From Azolla caroliniana (taxonomy: Eukaryota > Plantae > Polypodiophyta), in assembly GCA_043228905.1 (NCBI GenBank), contig JBHGNT010000007.1, forward strand, positions 14,260,001-14,324,000: 64,000 bases of DNA, read 5' to 3'. Below, piece after piece: positions 35,301-48,014 of the stretch. The number at the start of each line of letters is the position of its first letter. The stretch's first letter is position 1. A model generated the notes under the pieces. That model saw only the letters and a program-made list of their open reading frames with translations, was not told where the DNA came from and did not search any database. The translations under genes and the position numbers were made by a program.

Positions 35301-38256
35301 ATTATTAACAGACTTCAAGGATGTGTTCGCGTGGTCGTACGAAGACATGCGAGGGCTGGACCCCCAGCTCTATCAGCACCAAATTCACCTATGTACGGAC
35401 GCGAAACCGATCGCTCAACACATGTACCGGATGAATCTGAATTATGCGGCGAAGGTGAAGGAGGAAATTGATAAGCTCCTCCGAGTGGGATTTATCCGAC
35501 CGGTCAAGCAGGCAACCTGGCAGAGTCTGATAGTGGTGGTCCCGAAAAAGAACGGCAAAATCCGGGTATGCGTGGACTATCGCAAACTAAATGCCGCAAC
35601 AGTGACCGATGCGTTTCCACTACCATTTACGGACGGGGTGTTAGATGCGGTAGCCGGCCACGAAGTTTATAGCTTCCTGGATGGATTTAGCGGCTACAAC
35701 CAAATACGAATGAACCCGGCCGACCAGGAGAAGACAACGTTCGATACGGAATGGGGAGTGTTCGTCGCGGTCGTGATGATGTTTGGACTAAAGACGGCTC
35801 CAACGACCTTTCAAAGGATAATAATGGAAATTTTCGGGGAATATATCCCCGGTTTTATGCAGGTCTTCTTTGACGATTTTGCGGTCTACAGCCGGCACGG
35901 AGAGCATCTCGATCACCTCCGGCTGTGCTTGGAGAAGTGCCGCGAGTACCGGTTGAGTCTGAACCCGGCCAAGTGCGTCTTTGGAGTGGCAAGCGGCAAC
36001 TTACTAGGGCACGTGGTAAGTAAGGAAGGAATCGCGGTAGATCCGGATAAAGTCAAGGCGATTCTCGAGGCACCAACACCAAATAACGCAAAGGCTTTAA
36101 GCCGGTTCCTGGGCCAAATAAGGTGGCATAGCCGGATGATACGGCACCTCGCAGACTTCGCTACACCATTACATACCGCCGTACACAGGGTACCCTTCCT
36201 ATGGGTGGAGACGGAGGAGGAAGCCTACCAAGCGTTGAAGGTTATGCTGTCGCAAGCTCCAGTGGTGCAACCGCCAGATTGGAGTAAAAGCTTTCACGTC
36301 TTTGTCGACGCGTCGGACGTAGCAATCGGTAGCGTTCTGATGCAACTCACGGAGCCGAAATGGTACCGACCGGTGTACTACGCGAGCCGGAAACTCTCAA
36401 AAGCCGAATAGAACTACTCCACGACGGAACGCGAGGCATTGGGAATGGTGTATAGTGTCACAAAGTACAGGCACTATCTGCTCGGAAGGAAGTTTTCCTT
36501 CCATGTCAACCATTCGGCAATACTCTACCTGGTCTCGAAGGCATCCCTGACGGGAAAAATTGCACGATGGACACTGCTGTTACAAGAATTTGAATTCGAC
36601 ATTTTCCACCGACCCGGGGCGCAGCATGCGGTAGCGGACTACCTAAGCAGACTCGAATCCGGAGAAGCAGGGGACGACGTCCAGGATGAGTTCCCCGACA
36701 TCGAGTTGTTCCGGATCACGACGGAACCGGCAACAGATGCAATTGTAGCCGATGAAGACACGTGGCTAACTGAGATGCATCAGTTCCTGAGCACCGGAGT
36801 ACCCCCGGAGAACATGGACCGCGATGAAAGGAAAAGGGTAGCAGTAAGAAGCAGACATTTCTGCTTGGTTGGAGACACCCTCTATCACAAGGGGGCAGAT
36901 GGCATCTGGAGACGAGCAGTGCGGAGCGATGAGAAGGATTTAATCCTCAGGGAAGCCCACTGTGGAATTGCCGGCGGGCATTATGCCGGCGACGCAACCG
37001 CTCGGAAAATATGGCAGAGTGGACTGTGGTGGCCCACCACCCTAAAAGATGCCGTGAAGTATAGCAGAGAATGCGATTTGTGTCAACGACTGGGCCAACC
37101 CACGGAGCAGGCCCGGATGCCACACCACCCGGTCTTGCCATTGGAACCGTTTCAAAAGTGGGGTTTGGACTTTGTCGGTCCCTTCAAGCCACCGACAATG
37201 CGAACTGGAAATCGGTATGTCATAGTGGCGACCGACTATTGCACCAAATGGGTAGAAGCAAAGGCCTTACGGGACAACACGGTCACGTCCACGGCAAAGT
37301 TCCTGTACGAGTGCATATGGTGCCGGTATGGATGCCCGATCGAGCTTATAAGTGACCAAGGAGGACATTTTCTCGGGCAGGTAGTAGAAAGCCTGACGTC
37401 ATTTTACGCGGTGGTACATAAAAGGAGTACTCCCTACTACCCTCAAGCCAATGGACTAGCGGAATCAACGAACAAAACTCTGTAGAACATCCTACGAAAA
37501 ATCGTCAACGAGAACCGGACCGACTGGGATACGAAATTGCAAAGCGCGCTATGGGCGTACCGAACAACGTACAAAACCAGCATCCGGACAACCCCGTTCC
37601 GACTAGCATTCGGTTTAGAAGCGGTCATGCCGGTAGAGTTCTAGATCCCCAACTTACGGATCCAGGTAAAGGAGCGCTTAAGTGAGAAGGAGTCCGAACG
37701 AATCCGGTTGGCGACGTTGTTGGAATTAGAAGAAAACCGAATAGCCAGCTTACTACAACTCGAACTGGAGCAAAGGAGGAGAAAAGCTTTCGTGGACTGA
37801 CACCGGCGTGGCAACGAAAAGGAGTTCGAAGTCGGGAAACCGGTGCTACTATTCCAGACACGGATGGGGAACATGCTGGGAAAGTTGCGGTTTCGGTGGA
37901 CCGGACCGTTCTGGATCACCAAGGAGTACAATGGGTTGTATCAGCTCGGCACGTTGTCTGGAGATGTCATCGGTAAGTGGGCAAATGGGTTTCAGCTAAA
38001 GCCGTATAAGGGAAATATGCCAGCCAACCCGTTCAAGCAAAACCCGGAAATCCGGCAAGATGAGGAACCGACACCGACAGACGCTGCTGAAGATATCCGG
38101 ACCGAGGGAGAAGCGACACCGACAGACGCTGCTGCAGATATCCGGGCCGAGGAAGAACCGACACCGATATTGACAAAGATTATCCCGGAAAACCGACAAA
38201 AGGATCCGGTATCAGCGCGAACCGACCCGAATAAATCGGGGGGGACCAGAAAGTGA
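32367..38256 (+). pseudogene. Element D gag-pol (retrotrans gag, three CCHC knuckles, protease, RT, RNase H, integrase) with several stops and one frameshift (~34625)
   Basis: Motifs include CTTCLNSGHSTVDC, CMICNSRAHTTDRC, CYYCRKEGHYSNQC, LLLGRPWL, VCVDYRKLN, FLDGFSGYNQI, FFDD, VDASD, HCGIAGGHY..CDLCQ, WGLDFVGP, ISDQG and YYPQANGLAESTNK. Confidence 0.92.
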
Positions 38257-38689
38257 CGTGGTACAAACAAAGAAAAAAAAAAAAGAAAAAGAAAAAAAAG
38301 AAAAAGAAAAAAATGTCGTGGGCCAAATCGGCGCGAATCATAGTAGTGATGGGGAGATCACAAGAGGTGGGAGCGCCACCATGCAACGAAGAGGCGCCAT
38401 GCAGTAAAGAAGGACGTGCGCGTACTTGCTAATTAAAGCATGGAACGTGGGCACTCACACGCGGCAAGCAAGAAAGGACATACTAATTATGGCGGGAGAT
38501 GAACATGCGCGGGAAACGAAAAAGGGCAGCTCGAGGTAAAAGCCACTATATAAGACACAAGCCTACGAAGGACTTGCTTTTTACGAATTTTCCTACACAC
38601 AGGCGCAGAAGCACAGAAGAGCGATCCGACGCACAGCGCACACACAGCCCGATTCCGAACAACAGATAGCAGAAGAAGAATTCGAACCA

Positions 38690-41605
38690 ATGGCACTGTC
38701 GGAGGAGGCACGCCAATGGATGAGGGAGAACGGGTTAAAAGGATTGCTGCGGATCGCCGACGCTCCACCACATGCAGAACCAGAGCAAGCGGCAGCATCG
38801 ATTGATTTATCAGAAATCATGGAAGGAGCAGTGCAGGCGCTCACGGGGATAAAAGCAGGTGGACTTCAAACAATCGAAAACCCTTCAAGTGAAATCCTGT
38901 TCGAATATTTCAGTGAGTATTCTATCAGCAGCAAGGCGTACCGAACACAGGGCGGAGAGAACCTGCTGTTCGGAGAAGTGGCCCGCGCCATGATGGAATA
39001 CGGATTCGTGAATCCTCGTCCCCCGGCCATAGCCAGGTACTGGGCAATGTTCTTAATTGCAGCGTACGAAGGATTACAAGTGGACTGGCTCCATTTCATA
39101 ACTGAAGGATTGAAGGAGGCCATCAAGAACCTTGTGGAAGGAAAAAAGCCATGGGCCGGGATAGCACAATGGCTAACGGTGTTAGTCCCACTAGTGCTCC
39201 CCATCAAACAAAAGAAAAGAGGTCGGCAGGAGACAACGCCGAAAAAGGTCACAAAGCGCTGACATATCCTGGAGAAACACACCCCCGGATGGACCCAGGA
39301 AGAAGCAGAACAGCGGGGGGAAGGACCATCCCGACAGCAACAGGAATCGGCAACAAAGGCAAAACCGGCAGGAAAAGGCAAAGGGAAATCGACCGAGGAG
39401 GAACCGGTAGCGCTCAAACCAATCAATATAACGTTGCGACGGCCGGAACCGGAACCAGAGGTCTTTATACAAAAGGTCCGTCTGGTAGCCGCACCGGAGG
39501 AGGAAGCTGAAATAGAAGACTCATCTGAACCACTGGTAAGACTCCCAGCAAGACAAGGTCGGGAGAGACGGGTGAAAGGACCGGCTCCACCAGTTGACAA
39601 AACTCAGCAGAGGGCGCAAGGACCACCTCCAGTAGCCGAGGCGGAAGCAGTACCGGAACCCGTACCGAGGGAAGCAGCACCGACACCGGTTTTGCCGGAC
39701 TTCAGAGAACCGGTCATCCCAGAGAAGAGGAATGAACAAGCGCCGGAGCCAGAGAAAAGGCCGGAAAAACAGCCTGAGTTAAGGAGTAGAAGTGAGCAAG
39801 GCTACCCCGACACAGGAAGCACAAAGCCACAATGGCTGAGATGGCTTTCAGAGCAGTTATCGGGAGTAGCGGACCAGTTAGAGGAAGAAGAAACGTGTAG
39901 GCAACATCTGATGCATACAACAACCCAGGAGTTGGTCGCGCTCCGAACACAGATTGAGGAATTGCAAGGGGAGCTGTTGCAGGCAAGGGAAGGAATTCAA
40001 CAAGCACAAGTTGTCACCGAGCCGGTCGGGACAACAAGGAAGCAACCAGAACCGGAACCGGTAGCCTTGCAAACCGGCCCTGAGACCGAAAAAATAATAG
40101 AAACCTTACGAGAGGAGTTAAAAGCTCAGGAGGCATTAAGGGAAAAAGAAAGGCAGCAGCGGAAAGCGGTGGAGGACGACAGACGGAAAATGGAAGAAGG
40201 CCTCCGGAAAGGCCGAGCCACTAATGACCGACTGCAAGAAGAAAAAGAGAAGCTGCAAAAGGAGAAGGACCGACTGCGTCGACATGCCGAGTAGGAGATA
40301 GAACGACTACAGGAAGAACTCCAACAACAGAAGGACCGGGATGACCAATTAAGAGCTCAGGCAAACCGACGCCTGAAGCAGAAGACGGAGGACTTCGACC
40401 GTCTCTACCGAGATCACAAGCAGGCCGAGTCAGACAACAAGAAACGGGCAGCAGACTACGACCGACAAATAGAGAAGCTGAAAGAACAACTCAAAGAGAC
40501 CCGATTAGACCTGGCTAAGACAATGGATGAGGTCAGTGCCAAAAAGGAAGCATTGTCGGCGGAAATAACCCAAGCGACGGAGAGAAGGAAGGAATTAGAG
40601 GCGCTAAGGCGGGAAAAGCTGGATCTGACCAAGATCAGGAATGAAGAAAAGGAAAGATCGACCTTCACGATCAACAAACTGCAAAGTACCTATGAAAAGC
40701 AAAAAGCGGATTACGAGGCCCAGGCTCAGATAATGGCCGACATTATAAAACGAGCAAGGAAGGAAAAGCAAGAAGCTTATGCGCATGCTAAGGCGGTGGT
40801 TGACCGGATCAAGCTCATCATGTCAGGTTGGAGTACCCGAGCTCAGGCAAGCATCAACGAAAGTACGGAAAAGCTATGGAAGGAGTGGTCACAACAGGCA
40901 GCCGAGCTGCAGACACTCCGAGTTGATGCCGAGAATCAGAGGAAGACCGGTGACAAGTTCTACAAGATGGATGAAGAAAGTATCATCGCCATTCGGGAAG
41001 AATTGTCGGAGGATTTCTACGCTTTAGCGGAAGAACATCTCAAAGAAATCCGAGGGTTGGTAGAGAGGTTGGATGACGGGCATCTTGCAACTCAGTTGGA
41101 ATTGGAGAACTACGAGCAGGACCAGTTACGACAGGAAGCCAAGGGAAGAACGATGCCAATCACTATAAGTGAGGGAGAGTGACCGGCTGAAGTTGAACCA
41201 ACCGACACCGAACAACCCCGACAAGGAATACCCGAAGAAGAACTTCCATTCGAAGGAAATCAAGAAGAGCAGGAGCAGACCGATGCCGGAGAAGAAGAAG
41301 AGCTGAGACCGGAAGACACCAGAGCAGAGGAAGAAGGCGTACCGAGCCGACCAGTCGAGACCAGAGAAAGCGACACTGGTAAAAGAACAGAGCCTGGAAC
41401 GGAGGGAGAACAGGAAGAACCCGGACGGAGCGGTGAGGAAGCACCGGCACCACAGAATCAAGCAGAGCCGGAGCAACAAATTTTTACGGAACAGCCAACC
41501 CAACCGGAGGTCGGAGACTAGGCAAGCAAGGAACAGGAATTGGAGGAAGAAGCACCATTTGACACCATCGAGCAGAGTGTGCTCGATATTTTGGAGGAAG
41601 AATGA
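38690..41605 (+). pseudogene. Element D extra 3' ORF, ~971 codons, coiled-coil/acidic protein of unknown function with 4 in-frame stops
   Basis: ORFs 38690-39262, 39434-40294, 40523-41182 and the tail to TGA 41603-41605 are all in one frame. Interruptions are TGA/TAG at 39260, 40292, 41180 and 41519. Confidence 0.85.
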
Positions 41606-41879
41606 GGCCGGGAGTGGATTCGAAGTGCAAGGCACTTTCCCACGAGCATGCCATGTGTTGACCGGTCAGAAGTGCAAGGACAAGTGGGAAGGCGGAGTCG
41701 GATCGGATAATAGGAAGTAAATAATAGCTTGCGTGTTTATCTGTATCTTCGTATTGTTTACCGTCTGTGCTTAATTGTAATCATCTTACGCTTGTAACCT
41801 AGCATCCAATTCTTACCACCCCTTTGGAGAAGTGTCAGATAGACACCTGTGTTGAGGCTAGTCCGGCCAGACAGACAAC

Positions 41880-41934
<55 letters not shown>

Positions 41935-42085
41935 ACTACACAACCAAGCTGTTGTCTTACGCTTCCACACATACGTTTTTACATGGTATCAGAGCGTGAG
42001 GGTTGAAGTCCTCTGTAGCCGACATTTGCTTTCGCAAGACAAACCCTACAGGTTGTGAGAACAGAACAATAGATAGAGAAAAAAT

Positions 42086-45000
42086 ATGGGCAGAGGTATG
42101 GCGAGTTCACTTCCTACAGAGAAGCTCAACCGGAGTAACTACGAATCCTGGTCATACAAAATGCACCAGTACCTACTGGGGCATGGGTATTGGAGTTTTG
42201 TGGAAGGAACGAATGAGGTAGCACTAACGCCTGCACACAAGGACTTCCCAGTATGGGAGAAAGGAGCGAGCGCGTCCTGTGTGCATGACTAGATGCTCGG
42301 CTACATCAGGGATGCAAAGACGCCGAAGGAGGCCTAGGAAAATCTACGTAAGATTTTCGCCGCAAGTACCACAACCCGTAAGTTGCAGCTCCGACAAGAG
42401 CTGAACAACATCCGACAAGGAGATATGTCGTTTACCGACTACACCAAAATAAAGGAGATTTGTGACGCGCTCGGGTCCATCAACGTGACGGTGGACGAAG
42501 ACGAAATGGTACAAATCTGCCTTGGTCGTCTAGCGCAAAGGTATGGGCCAATCCGGACAACAATCTACACTCGGGAGAAACCACCGACCTTCTTCGACTT
42601 GCAATTGATGCTGATGGTCAAAGAAAACCGCGCGAGTGGGTCCAGGACCACTCAATCGAACAGCCGGATGCTGTATGCGTAGGCGGATGGGCCCCGTGGG
42701 CATGGGGGACAAGGTGGGGCGGCACGCACTGGAGGCGGCCGGCAAGAGCAGGAAAGAAGGCATAGAGAACGTGCCGACAACAGTTCCGGGACTTCCACAA
42801 GCAGGGGGAGTCAAGGCGTCACCGGAGGCCTGCAAGACAAATCCACCACGGAATGCTGGTACTGTGGCAAAAAGGGCCACAGAGAAAGTGAGTGTTGGAA
42901 GAAGCACACCGATTCGGATAGATCTGGATCTAGTAAAACTGGTCGGGAGAACCGGGAAAGCTCGCAGTACGCGCAAGGATCGAAAGGATCCGGAACCGGG
43001 AAGACCGGTACAGGGCCAACCTTGGTGATGAAGCACGAGGCAAATTCGATGAAGAAGAACACTTCCAAATCGGAGGAAGTATGGTATATTGATTCCGGTG
43101 TGTCGAATCACATGACAAGCCACAAAGAGTGGTTCTCCTTCTTGAAGAAACCGGAACAACCGGGGGTCGTCGAAACCGGAGACGACACTCCTCACCCAAT
43201 CGTGCATGTTAGAGAAGTCCCTTTGAGCCACGTTGAATAGAGGGGGAAGCTGATGAACTTATTACATGTTCTAACTATCACGAAGAACCTAGTGTTAGTC
43301 GGTCAGATTGTTGACCAGGGGATGTAGGTGCGGTTTACGCACCTCGGGTGCTTCATTGAGGATGAGGGCCAGATTATTGCGCAAGGGTGCAGAAACGGGA
43401 GGATGTTCATCCTCGACACCAATGACGTTAGCACCGCTCTATTTGCAAAATTACAGAAGGTCGAGTCGGATATCGACCTGTGGCATAAGCGGATCGGCCA
43501 TGTCAACTATCAGAGGCTTGAAGACCTGCAAATGAAAGACGTTGTTTTCAGTTTGCCGAAGTTCAGTGGATGGAAGGCCCCAATATGTGAAGCCTGCCAA
43601 CTCGACAAGCAACACCGGCTTCCATTCCCACCCGAACGAAACCGTAGCCGTAACAAGCTCGACCTTATTCATTCGGATGTATGGGGAACCTGCAAAGATT
43701 GGTTGAACGGGAAACGGAGAGGAAGATCAAGTGCCTACGGTCAGATGGCGGAAAAGAATATTTTTCCAGCCAATTCAACAATTATCTACAACAAAAAGGA
43801 ATTCGGAGAGAGTTTAGCTGCAGATACACACCGGAGCAAAACGGTGTGGCCGAGAGGAAGAACCGGTCCATTGTCAACGCGGCAAGGGCAATGCTGGAAG
43901 AGAAGAGCATGCCCCATTTCTACTGGGTGGAGGCGGTCCGGACGTCCATCTACATCCAAAACCGGATCGGTAACAAGGTGTCAGAGCATGAGCTATATTT
44001 CGGGCGCAAGACGAATTTGCGACACCTTCGGATATTCGGTAACATTGCATATGTGCATGTGCCAGATGAGAGGCGGAGGAAGTTGGATGCTTCGTCAGAG
44101 AAATGCATCCTGGTCGGTTACTCGCATGAGCAAAAGGGGTATAAGTGTTATAACCCCCGGAAGAAGCATGTCCGAGTTAGCCGGGATATTGAGTTTGATG
44201 AGACGACATCATGGTATGCCTTACCGGCTCCGACTTCCGACCCCGACCCGACACCGGAGGATGAGGCTAGTGAGCCTGAACCGGTCCAGATAGAAGATGA
44301 AGATCTCAACACTCTAGAAGAGAGCTTGATCTCATTCCGGCTAAGTGGACCGAATGAGTGGCTGAGTTGGGATGACCAGTCGGATGAGGAACCGGCGAGT
44401 AGTGCAGACTCTGCCGTACTCTCCCCGCGCAAGGAACCGAGGAGACGGTTCACTCGCAAAGAGAAGGGGAAGAAGAAGATGCCGGAATACGAAACCGGCA
44501 ACGTTGAGTCGGATCGGAGTGAATCCGACTCCGAAAAGGACCTGGCCAAGAAGGGCCCCAAATCGAGTAATACCAAGTTACGCCGGTGAACTCGCCAGAA
44601 GGAACCTGTTAAGCGGTACGGGTACAATGAGTACATGGCGCATCACTATGCGTACATGACCAAGGTTGCGGAAGTGCGTGAGCCGGAGAGCTACGCGGAA
44701 GTGGCAAAGGATGCCAATTGGCGTGCTGCTATGGAGGAACAAAAGCGGGCACTTGATGCCAACGACACATGGGACCTAGTTAACCCTCCCTGACATTGTA
44801 AACCGATCGGATGTAAGTGGGTGTACAAGGTAAAGTACAATTCCGACGGTTCGGTTAACCAGTACAAGGCCCGGTTAGTAGTGAAGGGATACACACAGAC
44901 CCACGGAATCGACTACGACAAGACCTTCGCCCCAGTAGTGAAGATGACGATGGTTCGTGTGGTACTGGCGGTTGTAGCGGCAAGGGGGTGGCATCTTCAC

Positions 45001-45623
45001 CAGATGGATGTGAAGAATGCATTTCTTCAAGGAGATCTTGAAGGAGAGGTCTTTATGATACAACCCCCCAGTTTCCAGTCGGAGATGAACAAGTCGGCAG
45101 TATGCCGGCTGAAAAAGTCACTTTATGGCCTGAAGCAAGCCCCCCGAGCTTGGAATGCGAAAATCATGCACCGGTTGCGTAAGATGGGGTTTGTGGCCTC
45201 CAAATCTGACTCTTCACTGTTCATCTGGTAAGGTCCGGACGATCCAGTTTGCATCCTGCTGTATGTGGATGATCTAGTCATCACCGGACCCATACTCGAT
45301 GAAATCAACCGAGTCAATGCCCAACTATCAGACGCATTTGAGATGAAGGACCTGGGGGACCTTCACTATTTCCTTGGGATCAAGGTGATCTGAACCCCCG
45401 ACGGCATATTTCTTGCTCTCCCAAAGACACTATGTTGAGCAGACATGGCGACCGAGGAGGTCGAGATGCGCAGAAATAGAAGGGTCATGGCAAACGGGAC
45501 CGGACCAGATGAGGAGCGCGAGCAAGGCGGAGTGACGCCAGAAGGAGCCGGGTGGAAGGACCGGTTGCCATGGAGATTAACACTATGATTCGACCTCAAG
45601 TTGAGCTTGAGGGGGAGTGTTGA
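42086..45623 (+). pseudogene. Copia C gag-pol, decayed
   Basis: Motifs include WYIDSGVSNHMT, LWHKRIGH, CLRSDGGKEY, YTPEQNGVAERKN, YKARLVVKG, QMDVKNAFL and LYVDD. Confidence 0.9.
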
Positions 45624-48014
45624 GCGGCAAGGTCAACCGGATCCGGATCGGCTGAAAAAGCTTGAGCCGGATCGGTATCTGGAAGGATGAAGCTGGATCG
45701 GTGAGGCGAATTGGACGGATCGGCGAGCTGGGGAGCCGGTTAGCCGGATCCAGCAGTAACCGGAAGCCTAGTAATAGCTTAGATTACTAGGTAGTTATTG
45801 TCTCATAGTTAGTGTCAGACACTCGTGTGAGCATTAAAGTACGTTGTACTTCTGTTAGACCCATGAGGACTTGTATAAATAGTGCTGTTGAGCACGTTGT
45901 ATGTATAGAGTGTTGATATAATTTTTGAATTTAGATTCGTGTTCTGCTCTCTCTGTCTCTCCCGAGTACTCTCTGTATTCTGTGTATTATTCTCTCTCTC
46001 TCTCTCTCTACTACACAACCAAGTTGTTGTCTTACGCTTCTGCACATACGTTTTCACAGAAATGCGGGCACTTGATGCCAATGACACATGGGACCTAGTT
46101 CACCCTCCTCGACACTGTAAACTGATTGGATGTAAGTGGGTGTACAAGGTAAAGTACAATGCCGACGGTTCGGTTAACCGGTACAAGGCCCGGTTAGTAG
46201 CGAAGGGATACGTGCAGATCCATGGGATCGACTATGACGAGACCTTCGCTCTGGTAGCGAAGATGACGACGATTTGTGTGGTGCTGAGGGTTGCCGCGGC
46301 AAGGGGGTGGCATCTTCACCAGATGGATGTGAAGAATGCATTTCTTCAAGGCGATCTTGAAGAAGAGGTCTTTATGACCCAACCCCCCAGTTTCAAGTCG
46401 GAGATGAACAAGTCGGCGGTATGCCGGCTAAGAAAGTCATTTTATGGCCTGAAGCAAGCCCCCTAAGCTTGGAATGCGAAGATCACGCACCGGTTGCGTA
46501 AGATGGGGTTTGCAACCGCCAAGTCCGACTCTTCGTTGTTCATCTGGCAAGGTTCAGATGATCCAGTTTGCATCTTGCTGTATGTTGATGATCTAGTCAT
46601 CACTGGACCCGAACTCGATGAAATCAGCCAAGTCAAGTCCCAGCTGTCGGACGCATTTGAGATGAAGGACCTCGGGGACCTTCACTATTTCCTTGGGATC
46701 GAGGTGATCCGAACCCCTGACGACATATTGCTCTCACAAAGACACTATGTGTTGAATATGCTGCACAAGTTTGACATGACGGAATGTTGACCGATCTCCA
46801 CACCCCTAGACCGGAACCAAAAGCTCCGTCCTGACTCAAGACCGGCCTACGATGAGAAGCGGTTTCGACAAATCACCGGAAGCCTTATATATTTGACAAT
46901 CACTCAACCCGACATCAGTTATGTGGTCGGCGTGATCAACCAATATATGCAGAAGTTGACCATGGAGCACGTTCTGTGCACGCATCGAATTTTGCGATAT
47001 GTGAGCGGCACGAAGGATCGGGGATTGTTATACCGACATGGTATAACCGAAGACCTAGTCGGCTACACTGATGCCGACTGGGCCGGCGATGCATCGGATT
47101 GCCGATCCACCACCGGCTATATGTTTTCCCTTGGTAGCGGGACTGTTGCGTGGAGTAGCAAAAAGCAGCCAATAGTGGTTCGATGTGGTAAAGCGCTTGA
47201 AACCGGAAGACGAATCGGGAGTGACAGATTCAGACAAGAGCTGGAATGAATTGGAGACAACCAATTTGGTTCAACAAACGGATTCGGAAGAACCAGATCA
47301 ATTCAATTCCTAGAGGACGAGAAGGCAGCAAAAGTCGACGCCAACACGAAGGAGTCGGCGAATCGGCAAGCGCCGAAGTCACAACAACGAGGGAGGTGAA
47401 TTGGGCCTGTTGAGCAGACAAGCCGACCGAGGAGGTCGAGGTGCGCAGAATCAGAAGTGTCGCGGCAAACGGGACCGGACCGGACGAGGAGCCCAAGCGA
47501 GGCAGAGTGACGCCAAAAGGAGCCGGGTGGAAGGACCGGCTGCCATGGAGACTGACACTACGATCCGACCTCAAGTTGAGCTTGAGGGGGAGTGTTGAGC
47601 GGCAAGGTCAACCGGATCTGGATCGGTTGAATAAGCCTGAGCCGGATCGGCATCTAGAAGGATGAGTTGGATCGGTGAGCCGGGGAGTTGGGGAGCCGGT
47701 TCGCCGGATCCAGTAGTAACCGGAAGCCTAGTAGCAGCCTAGACTACTAGGAAGTTAAGGTCTCGTAGTTAGTGTCAGACGCTCGTGTGAGCATTGAAGT
47801 ACACCGTACTTGTGTTAGTCCTCTTAGGACTTGTATAAATAGTGCTGTTGAGCACGTTGTATGTACAAATTATTTACAGAGTTGATGATAATAGATTTAA
47901 GTTGTTCTGCTCTTTCTCTGTCTCTCCTGCGTACCTTCTGTGTGTTAATATCTCTCTCTTTGTTGCTATCCAGCTAAGTCGGTTGTCTAAAGCTTCCACA
48001 CCTTCGTCTTTACA

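Larger units (their letters stand above)
31928..41880 (+). mobile_element. Athila-like (non-chromovirus) Ty3/gypsy element D, 9953 bp. LTRs 31928-32318 and 41656-41880
   Basis: LTRs run TGTTGACCGG...GACA/CAACA with TSD ATTCT (31923-31927 / 41881-41885) and PBS-like TGGCGACCACG at 32325. RT has FFDD. There is no chromodomain and no archaeal-type RNase H. Confidence 0.92.
31568..46058 (+). mobile_element. Ty1/copia element C nested in A. 5' LTR 31568-31927 + 41881-41983 (split by D); 3' LTR 45618-46058
   Basis: The LTRs match, with PBS TGGTATCAGAGC at 41984 and PPT at 45609. The gag starts at 42086. There are internal deletions in the integrase (~43687) and RT/RH (~45415). Confidence 0.9.
21333..48014 (+). 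mobile_element. Ty1/copia element A, host of the nested stack. LTRs 21333-21747 and 47593-48014; internal pieces 21748-22071, 27479-27773, 29337-31567, 46059-47592
   Basis: It has TG...CA LTRs of the same subtype, PBS TGGTATCAGAGC (tRNA-iMet) at 21748, PPT GAGGGGGAG at 47584 and TSD GTAAA (21328-21332 / 48015-48019). The gag-PR-INT-RT pieces rejoin colinearly once insertions are removed. Confidence 0.92.

Noticed and set aside
38690-41605. Calling the extra ORF env
   Set aside because: No signal peptide or clear transmembrane segment is visible, and the composition is coiled-coil/acidic.
32375-47574. Long antisense ORFs within the Copia and Gypsy elements
   Set aside because: These are shadows of GC-rich sense coding frames with no independent motifs.
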